Source of the DNA: Methyloceanibacter sp.
GTDB taxonomy: Bacteria; Pseudomonadota; Alphaproteobacteria; Rhizobiales; Methyloligellaceae
Direction: 5' to 3'
DNA: 64,000 bases
NCBI GenBank assembly: GCA_041500805.1
Contig: JBGQMX010000002.1
Coordinates: forward strand, 7,640-71,639
Shown piece by piece: positions 57,205 through 64,000 of the stretch. The stretch's first letter is position 1. Each line of letters begins with the position of its first letter. The notes under the pieces are model-generated. The model was not told where the DNA came from. It saw only the letters and a program-made list of their open reading frames with translations, and did not search any database. A program made the translations under genes and the position numbers.

Positions 57205-57600
57205 ATGACGCGGGCGAAGCCAGCTTCCGCCAAGGCCCCCAGTCAGCGCCAGCTGAAAGTGGGCGAGCTGATCCGGCACGCTTTGTCGGAGATCTTTACG
57301 CGCGGCGAGATCGTGGACGAGGTGTTGAGCCGGTACTCGCTCACCGTGCCCGAGGTGCGCATGACGCCCGACCTCAAGCTCGCCACGGCCTTCATATTCC
57401 CGCTCGGCGGCGAGGGGGCGAGCGAGGTGGTCGCTCACCTGGAAAAGCACAAGCGTTTCCTGCGCGGCGAGGTGGCGAAGCGGATCAGCATGAAATTCAT
57501 GCCTGAGCTTCGCTTCAAGATCGATACCTCCTTCGAGACCTCGCGGCGCATCGACGAGCTGCTGGCCTCGCCCAAGGTCGCCCGCGACCTCGACGACTAG
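57205..57600 (+). CDS. rbfA: Ribosome-binding factor A
   Basis: SQRQLKVGELIRHAL, EVRMTPDLKLA and PELRFKID motifs. Confidence 0.96.
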   Translation: MTRAKPASAKAPSQRQLKVGELIRHALSEIFTRGEIVDEVLSRYSLTVPEVRMTPDLKLATAFIFPLGGEGASEVVAHLEKHKRFLRGEVAKRISMKFMPELRFKIDTSFETSRRIDELLASPKVARDLDD

Positions 57601-57626
57601 CACACCCTAGAACAAGCGAGACGGCG

Positions 57627-58553
57627 ATGGCGCGGCGGCGCAAAGGCTTACCCGTTCATGGCTGGCTCATCTTCGACAAGCCGCAAGGCATGACCTCGAC
57701 GCAGGCCGTGTCGCGGGTGAAGCGGCTTTACGAGGCGGCGAAGGCGGGACATGCCGGCACGCTCGATCCGCTCGCCACTGGCGTGCTGCCGATCGCGCTC
57801 GGCGAAGCGACCAAGACCGTGCCGTTCGTGGTCGAGGGGAGCAAGGAGTACCGCTTCACGGTCCGCTTCGGCGCCGAGACCGATACCGACGACGCCGAGG
57901 GCTCTGTCGTGGCGACGAGCGATGCGCGGCCGACCCGCGCCGAGATCGAGGCGGCCCTTCCCCGCTTCACCGGCGAGATTGTCCAGGTGCCGCCGCGCTT
58001 CTCGGCGCTCAAGGTCGATGGCGCCCGCGCCTACGATCTCGCCCGCGAGAACGAGGAGTTCGAGCTCGCGCCGCGCCGCGTGTCGATTTCGCGGCTGGAG
58101 CTCATCGCCCATCCCGACCCGGACCATGGCGTGATCGAGGCCAGTTGCGGCAAGGGCACCTATGTGCGGGCGCTGGCGCGCGATCTCGGCCGGGAGCTCG
58201 GCTCGCTCGGCCATGTCGAGGCCTTACGGCGCACCCGCGTCGGCTCTTTTGGCGAGGAGCGCGCGATTTCACTCGCCACGCTCGAGGCGCTTTCCGAGGG
58301 AGCCGCAGGCCGGGAGGCGCTGGCCGGCGTGCTGCTGCCCGTCGAGACGGCGCTCCACGACATCCCGGCCCTTGTCGTCAACGATTCCGATGCGGCTAGG
58401 CTCCGGCGGGGCCAGCCGGTATTATTGCGGGGACGGGACGCCCCAATTTTCAGTGGAACCGTCTACGCCACGTCGCGTGGCACGCTGGTGGCCCTCGGCG
58501 AGGTGAGCGAGGGGGAGCTCAAGCCCCGACGCATCTTCAATCTGCCGTGCTGA
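57627..58553 (+). CDS. truB: tRNA pseudouridine(55) synthase
   Basis: DKPQGMTS, KAGHAGTLDPLATGVL, VPPRFSA and CGKGTYVR motifs. Confidence 0.97.
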   Translation: MARRRKGLPVHGWLIFDKPQGMTSTQAVSRVKRLYEAAKAGHAGTLDPLATGVLPIALGEATKTVPFVVEGSKEYRFTVRFGAETDTDDAEGSVVATSDARPTRAEIEAALPRFTGEIVQVPPRFSALKVDGARAYDLARENEEFELAPRRVSISRLELIAHPDPDHGVIEASCGKGTYVRALARDLGRELGSLGHVEALRRTRVGSFGEERAISLATLEALSEGAAGREALAGVLLPVETALHDIPALVVNDSDAARLRRGQPVLLRGRDAPIFSGTVYATSRGTLVALGEVSEGELKPRRIFNLPC

Positions 58554-58579
58554 AGCACGCGCATTCTAGGGAGGACCGA

Positions 58580-58861
58580 ATGACCAGGGTCTTGATTGCC
58601 GCAATAGCGTTGCTCTTTTGCGTAAACTTGGCGGCAGCGGCCACAGGGGACCGTTGCAAGGTGACCGACCCGACGGGCACGCCGCTCAACGTGCGCAACG
58701 GCCCCAATGGGAAAATCACCGGCACGCTCGCCAACGGCACGCTCGTCTCAATCACGGAATACGCGGACGATGCGAACGGGAAACCATGGGTGGATGTTGC
58801 CGACTACAAGACGAAGAAGATAATCGGCTGGGTTTTCCGCGAGTTCGTCTCCTGCTTCTGA
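58580..58861 (+). CDS. Small secreted bacterial SH3-like domain protein
   Basis: GGAGG RBS; Sec signal; PLNVRNGPNG...W...GWVFREFVSC, with Cys near both ends of the mature chain. Confidence 0.78.
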   Translation: MTRVLIAAIALLFCVNLAAAATGDRCKVTDPTGTPLNVRNGPNGKITGTLANGTLVSITEYADDANGKPWVDVADYKTKKIIGWVFREFVSCF

Positions 58862-58949
58862 CGCGCGGCCCGGCCCAGTAAATTCCGCTGGCCTCGCGCC
58901 AATAATCCCTATATTGCAGCGATTGCGCGGGCGCCGTCTTAACGGCTCG

Positions 58950-59025
58950 CACGCGTATTGAACCGACCGCGCTGGACGACATCCCGGCCCGGCCCTGACA
59001 GACCCCTAACAGCAAGGATCATCCG
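58950..59025 (+). promoter_or_regulatory. rpsO 5' leader, candidate S15 autoregulatory RNA
   Basis: Contains GCTGGACGACATCCCGGC, which I recall as conserved upstream of alphaproteobacterial rpsO; boundaries approximate. Confidence 0.5.
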
Positions 59026-59295
59026 ATGTCGATCAGCGCTGAGCGCAAGCAAGAGCTCATCAAGGAATATGCGACCAAGTCTGGCGATACCGGCTCGCCA
59101 GAGGTGCAGGTCGCGATCCTGACCGAGCGGATTACCAATCTCACCGAGCATTTCAAGACGCACGGCAAGGACAATCATTCGCGCCGGGGGCTGCTCAAAA
59201 TGGTCAGCCAGAGGCGCCGGCTGCTCGATTACGTCAAGTCCACCGACGCGGACCGTTACCAGAAGCTCATCAACCGGTTAGGCATCCGCCGGTGA
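59026..59295 (+). CDS. rpsO: 30S ribosomal protein S15
   Basis: [29 protein letters not shown] and LGIRR motifs. Confidence 0.98.
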   Translation: MSISAERKQELIKEYATKSGDTGSPEVQVAILTERITNLTEHFKTHGKDNHSRRGLLKMVSQRRRLLDYVKSTDADRYQKLINRLGIRR

Positions 59296-59413
59296 CAGCC
59301 ACCGTCAAGGCGAGCCATCGCGCGGTCGAGCTTGCGAATTACCGAACGGGCCAGCCCTTCGCCGTCAGGCGACTGGAGCGGCCTTACCCTTCCCCAAGCA
59401 TTGGGACACCAAC

Positions 59414-61537
59414 ATGTTTCAGAAACACACCGTAGAAATCGAATGGGCGGGACGCCCGCTCAAGCTCGAGACCGGCCGCATCGCGCGCCAGTCCGATGGC
59501 GCCGTGCTTGCCACCTATGGCGGGACCAGCGTCCTTGCCACCGCCGTCGCCGCCAAGGAGCCGAGGGCCGGCATCGACTTCTTCCCGCTGACCGTGAACT
59601 ATCAGGAGAAGACCTTCGCCGCGGGCAAGATCCCCGGCGGCTATTTCAAGCGCGAAGGGCGCCCGACCGAGAAGGAAACCCTGACCTCGCGCCTGATCGA
59701 CCGGCCGATCCGGCCGCTATTCGCCTCAGGCTTCAAGAACGAGACGCAAGTCATCGCCACCGTGCTCTCCCACGACATGGAGAATGATCCCGACGTCGTG
59801 GCGTTGATCGCGGCCTCCGCCGCGCTCACCATCTCCGGCATTCCCTTCATGGGGCCGATCGCCGCCGCGCGCGTCGGCTATATCGACGGCAAACATGTGC
59901 TGAACCCGATGATCGACGAAATGCGGGAAAGCACGCTTGACCTCGTCGTGGCCGGCACTGCCGATGCCGTGCTGATGGTCGAATCGGAAGCCAAGGAATT
60001 GGCCGAGGACGTCATGCTCGGCGCCGTGATGTTCGGCCACAAGCACTTCCAGCCGGTGCTCAACGCCATCGTCAAGCTCGCCGAGCGCGCCGCCAAGGAG
60101 CCCTGGGAGATAAAAGTCCTGGAAAGTGCCGAAGTTCTCGTCGGCAAGGTGCGCGCGGTGGCCGAGCAGGATTTGCGCGAGGCCTACACCATCGCCGGCA
60201 AGCACGAGCGCCGCGATCGCGTGGCAGCGATCAAAGACAAGGCGCTTACCGCGCTGGTCCCGGCGGATGACGACGGAACGATGGCCGCGAAAGTGGCCAG
60301 CGCCTTCAAGGAGGCGGAGAAAGACGTCGTGCGCTCAAGCATCCTCAATACGAAGAAGCGCATCGACGGGCGCGACCTGTCAACGGTCAGACCGATCTCT
60401 TGCGAGGTCGGCATTCTTCCCCGCACCCATGGCAGCGCTCTCTTCACCCGCGGCGAGACCCAGGCGCTCGCCGTCGCCACGCTCGGCACCGGCGAGGACG
60501 AGCAATATGTCGATGCCCTGCAGGGAACCTACAAAGAGACCTTCATGCTGCATTACAACTTCCCGCCCTACTCGGTCGGCGAGGTTGGCCGCATGTCCTC
60601 TCCCGGAAGGCGCGAGATCGGTCACGGCAAGCTCGCCTGGCGGGCCATCCACCCCGTGTTGCCGGACCGCGAGCAGTTTCCCTATACCATCCGCATCGTG
60701 TCGGAGATCACCGAGTCGAACGGCTCCTCCTCCATGGCCACGGTGTGCGGCTCCTCGCTCGCCATGATGGACGCCGGCATTCCGCTCAAGCGGTCGGTCG
60801 CGGGCATCGCCATGGGCCTGATCAAGGAGGATCAGCGCTTCGCCGTGCTGTCCGACATCCTCGGCGACGAGGACCACCTCGGCGACATGGACTTCAAGGT
60901 CGCCGGCACGTCGGAGGGCGTGACCTCGCTGCAGATGGACATCAAGATCACCGGCATCACCGAGGAGATCATGAAGGTCGCGCTCGACCAGGCGCGTGAC
61001 GGCCGCCTGCATATCCTCGGCGAGATGGACAAGGCGCTTAACACGGCGCGGCCAGAGCTTGGCGAATATGCGCCGCGCATCGAGACGATCCACATCCCGG
61101 TCGACAAGATTAGGGAAGTGATCGGCTCGGGCGGCTCGGTGATCCGCGAGATCGTCGCGGAATCGGGCGCCAAGATCGACATCTCCGACGATGGGACCGT
61201 CAAGATCGCCTCGGCCAATGCCGAGTCGATCCGCGCCGCGATCAATCGCATCAAGAGCATTACCTCCGAGCCGGAGGTCGGCGAGATCTATCAGGGCAAG
61301 GTCGTCAAGGTGATGGAGTTCGGGGCTTTCGTGAACTTCTTCGGCCCGAAGGACGGCCTCGTGCATATCTCGCAGCTCGCGGACGGACGGCCCAAGGCCG
61401 TCACCGACGTCGTCAAGGAAGGCGACTCGGTGTGGGTGAAGCTGCTCGGCTTCGACGACCGCGGCAAGGTCAGGCTGTCGATGAAGGTGGTCGATCAGAA
61501 GACCGGACACGAGCTCGAGAAGGCCAGCGCCGAATAA
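59414..61537 (+). CDS. pnp: Polyribonucleotide nucleotidyltransferase
   Basis: [37 protein letters not shown] and GDMDFKVAG motifs; KH and S1 domains. Confidence 0.98.
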   Translation: MFQKHTVEIEWAGRPLKLETGRIARQSDGAVLATYGGTSVLATAVAAKEPRAGIDFFPLTVNYQEKTFAAGKIPGGYFKREGRPTEKETLTSRLIDRPIRPLFASGFKNETQVIATVLSHDMENDPDVVALIAASAALTISGIPFMGPIAAARVGYIDGKHVLNPMIDEMRESTLDLVVAGTADAVLMVESEAKELAEDVMLGAVMFGHKHFQPVLNAIVKLAERAAKEPWEIKVLESAEVLVGKVRAVAEQDLREAYTIAGKHERRDRVAAIKDKALTALVPADDDGTMAAKVASAFKEAEKDVVRSSILNTKKRIDGRDLSTVRPISCEVGILPRTHGSALFTRGETQALAVATLGTGEDEQYVDALQGTYKETFMLHYNFPPYSVGEVGRMSSPGRREIGHGKLAWRAIHPVLPDREQFPYTIRIVSEITESNGSSSMATVCGSSLAMMDAGIPLKRSVAGIAMGLIKEDQRFAVLSDILGDEDHLGDMDFKVAGTSEGVTSLQMDIKITGITEEIMKVALDQARDGRLHILGEMDKALNTARPELGEYAPRIETIHIPVDKIREVIGSGGSVIREIVAESGAKIDISDDGTVKIASANAESIRAAINRIKSITSEPEVGEIYQGKVVKVMEFGAFVNFFGPKDGLVHISQLADGRPKAVTDVVKEGDSVWVKLLGFDDRGKVRLSMKVVDQKTGHELEKASAE

Positions 61538-61562
61538 TACGGGGGGCCTTTAGCCCCCATCA

Positions 61563-61766
61563 TCATTCAGCCTTGTCGTCCTTGAGGCATTTGGTGGCGA
61601 TGACGAGGTATTCGTCCTTGTGCTGACCTTGCCACTCCTCCGACTTGGCCCGGGCCACCCCGTTGCAGCTCATCACGTCCTCGAAGGTCACCTCGGGCAG
61701 AGAGACCTCCGAGCAGGTGTGAGGCTCGGCCACAAGACACGCAATGATCACGAGATGGGCAGCCAT
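61563..61766 (-). CDS. Small hypothetical four-Cys protein (67 aa)
   Basis: GGAGG upstream; hydrophobic N-terminus (HLVIIACLV); four Cys; convergent with pnp. Confidence 0.6.
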   Translation of the reverse strand: MAAHLVIIACLVAEPHTCSEVSLPEVTFEDVMSCNGVARAKSEEWQGQHKDEYLVIATKCLKDDKAE

Positions 61767-61881
61767 CGACGGTATTTCCTCCATTCGACATCTCAACCGC
61801 CGCGCGATCCTAGTTGCGCGCGGGCGGTCTCACAACAATTTCCGTGCTTTATAGCCGAAAAGGCCGCACCCGGCTCAACGC

Positions 61882-62763
61882 CTATTGCGCGGCCTCCCGC
61901 GGCGCTTTCTCGACGGCCGCCTCGGCCTCCTCGCTTTGCTCCATGGTCTTGAGCGCGGCCAGATGCGGCATGGCAATGGTCGAGTAGCCGCAATCCACGA
62001 AATGCACCTCGCCCGTGACGGCGCCTGACAGGTCCGACAGGAGGTAAAGCGCGGCACCGCCCACCTCGTCGAGGGTCGGCGAGCGGCGCATCGGCGCGTT
62101 GCGCTGCTGATAATGGAGCAGCGTGCGCGCTTCCGAGATGCCGGCGCCGGCGAGCGTGCGCATCGGCCCCGCCGACAGCGCATTCACCCTGATCCCTTGC
62201 GGGCCGAAATCGGAGGCGAGATAGCGGACGGAAGTCTCGAGCGCCGCCTTGGCCACGCCCATGACGTTGTAGCAGGGCACCACGCGCGTCGCTCCGCCAT
62301 AAGTGAGCGTCAGCAGCGAGCCGCCGGACGGCATCAGGTCAGCGGCGAGCTTGCAGATCTCCGTAAACGAGAAGCAGGAGATCACCATGGTGTGCTCGAA
62401 GTTCTTGCGGGTCGTGTCGGCATAGCGGCCACGGAGCTCGTTGCGGTCGGAGAAGGCAAGTGCATGCACCACGAAATCGAGCGAGCCCCACTTTTTCCGG
62501 ATCACGTCGAACACGTGCTCGACGGTCTTGAGGTCCTCGACGTCGGCCTTCTCGATGATCTTTGCGCCTATGCCTTCGGCGAGCGGGACGGCGCGGCGTC
62601 CGAAGGCGCCGCCCTGATAGCTGAAGGCAAGCTCGGCGCCATGGCCGTGCAGCACCCGCGCAATGCCCCAGGCAATGGAGCGGTCGTTGGCGACACCCAT
62701 CACCAACCCCCTCTTCCCGGCCATCAACGGCGCGGGCTCGGCGATATCTCTTGTTGTTGCCAT
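61882..62763 (-). CDS. fabI: Enoyl-ACP reductase (NADH)
   Basis: GKRGLVMGVANDRSIAWGIA, catalytic YNVMGVAK and IRVNALSAGPMRTLA motifs. Confidence 0.96.
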   Translation of the reverse strand: MATTRDIAEPAPLMAGKRGLVMGVANDRSIAWGIARVLHGHGAELAFSYQGGAFGRRAVPLAEGIGAKIIEKADVEDLKTVEHVFDVIRKKWGSLDFVVHALAFSDRNELRGRYADTTRKNFEHTMVISCFSFTEICKLAADLMPSGGSLLTLTYGGATRVVPCYNVMGVAKAALETSVRYLASDFGPQGIRVNALSAGPMRTLAGAGISEARTLLHYQQRNAPMRRSPTLDEVGGAALYLLSDLSGAVTGEVHFVDCGYSTIAMPHLAALKTMEQSEEAEAAVEKAPREAAQ

Positions 62764-62808
62764 GGTTGTTACTCTGGTTGTGGGTTGACCCGCGTCGGCT
62801 CCCGTCCC

Positions 62809-64000
62809 TTAGCCCTCCACCCGGCGGAATACGAGTGTGGCGTTAGTGCCGCCAAAACCGAAGCTGTTCGACATCACGGCGTTAATGGCGACATTGTCCC
62901 GGCGCTTGCGCACGATGGGCATGTCGGCAACGGCGGGATCGATGGTCTCGATATTGGCGGACTCGCAAATGAAGCTGTTATTCATCATCAGCAGCGAATA
63001 GATCGCCTCATGCGCCCCGGCGGCGCCGAGCGAATGGCCGGTCAGCGACTTGGTCGCGCTGATGGGCGGGCATTTCTCGCCGAACACCGCGCGGATCGCC
63101 TCGATCTCGCGCAGATCGCCGATCGGCGTCGAGGTGGCGTGCGGATTGATGTAACCGATCTCGCCGTCGACGTTCTGCATCGCCATGCGCATGCAGCGCA
63201 CGGCACCCTCGCCGGAAGGCTGCACCATGTCGTAACCGTCGGAGGTGGCGCCGTAGCCGACAAGCTCGCCATAGAGCCGCGCGCCGCGGGCCTTCGCATG
63301 CTCGAGCTCCTCGAGCACGACGACGCCCGCGCCTCCGGCAATGACGAAGCCGTCGCGGTTCACGTCATAGGCGCGGCTCGCCACCGCGGGCCGGTCGTTG
63401 AAATCCGACGACATGGCGTTCATGGCGTCGAACAGGACGGACAGGGTCCAGTCGAGCTCCTCGCCGCCGCCGGCAAAAACGATGTCCTGCTTGCCCAATT
63501 GGATGAGCTCAGAGCCATTGCCGATGCAGTGGGCGGATGTCGAGCAGGCCGAGGAGATCGAATAGCTCACGCCCTTGATGTGATAGGGCGTGGAGAGCGT
63601 CGCCGAGTTGGTCGAGCACATGGCCTTCGGCACCTCGAAGGGCCCCACTTTCTTCGGGCCCTTCTCGCGGGTGATGTCGGCGGCCTGCACGATGGCGCGG
63701 GTCGAGGGGCCGCCTGAGCCCATGATGAGCCCGGTCTTCTCGTTGGAGACGTCGCCCTCCTCGAGGCCCGCGTCGCGGATCGCCTGCTCCATGGCGATGT
63801 AGTTCCAGGCGGCGCCCGCTCCCATGAAGCGGCGCACCTTGCGGTCGATCATCGCTTCCCAATCGAGGTTGGGCGCGCCATGCACCTGGCAGCGGAAGCC
63901 GAGCTCGGCATATTTGTCGGCCTTGACGATGCCGGATTTCGCCTCGCGCAGGGAGGCGAGCACCTCCTGGGCGCTGTTGCCGATGGAGGACACGATGCCC
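62809..64000 (-). CDS. fabB: Beta-ketoacyl-ACP synthase I, 5' end beyond the window
   Basis: Frame open to the edge (GIVSSIGN...); [11 protein letters not shown] active Cys, [16 protein letters not shown] and [10 protein letters not shown] motifs. Confidence 0.95.
   Translation of the reverse strand, partial: GIVSSIGNSAQEVLASLREAKSGIVKADKYAELGFRCQVHGAPNLDWEAMIDRKVRRFMGAGAAWNYIAMEQAIRDAGLEEGDVSNEKTGLIMGSGGPSTRAIVQAADITREKGPKKVGPFEVPKAMCSTNSATLSTPYHIKGVSYSISSACSTSAHCIGNGSELIQLGKQDIVFAGGGEELDWTLSVLFDAMNAMSSDFNDRPAVASRAYDVNRDGFVIAGGAGVVVLEELEHAKARGARLYGELVGYGATSDGYDMVQPSGEGAVRCMRMAMQNVDGEIGYINPHATSTPIGDLREIEAIRAVFGEKCPPISATKSLTGHSLGAAGAHEAIYSLLMMNNSFICESANIETIDPAVADMPIVRKRRDNVAINAVMSNSFGFGGTNATLVFRRVEG

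Noticed and set aside
2355-63717. Many long ORFs antisense to or overlapping real genes (e.g. 2355-4286, 6043-7560, 31023-32804, 33008-35539, 54448-56130, 62113-63717)
   Set aside because: Typical shadows of high-GC codon bias; no recognizable motifs or RBS, and each lies opposite a confidently identified gene.
1-64000. tRNA, rRNA and riboswitch search by eye
   Set aside because: No cloverleaf, rRNA signature or recognizable riboswitch consensus found; a covariance-model scan would be needed to exclude weak hits.

Overview
GC-rich alphaproteobacterial chromosome segment. Hyphomicrobiales is inferred from gene order, repeat families and promoter motifs. Left to right: (1) a complete Tad/Flp (cpa) pilus locus with a divergent Flp pilin, two TadE pseudopilins, a TadG vWA protein and CtrA-like boxes; (2) rimO, a Tat-exported amidohydrolase, a patatin fragment and an AsmA-family gene; (3) a five-gene exported metal-uptake-type cluster (imelysin, OprB-family porin, di-heme DUF1111 protein, second imelysin, Tat DUF1513 protein) with a perfect Zur-type 6-3-6 box in front of the porin and a divergent LysR; (4) alpha-2-macroglobulin and pbpC; (5) sulfate ABC transporter plus a 4-Cys Rrf2 regulator; (6) the conserved miaB-phoH-ybeY-corC-lnt-XRE-metK-trmB-rimP-nusA-ylxR-infB-rbfA-truB-rpsO-pnp run, then fabI and a partial fabB. 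No rRNA, tRNA, CRISPR array or transposase was seen. The main candidates are the porin-containing, apparently Zur-gated imelysin/di-heme cluster and a set of non-autonomous palindromic repeats inserted into coding ends. These repeats are translated in PbpC and RimO, and are one base out of frame at the second imelysin and lnt. metK carries a clear one-base deletion near its 3' end. All calls come from motif recognition in the sequence; no database search was run.
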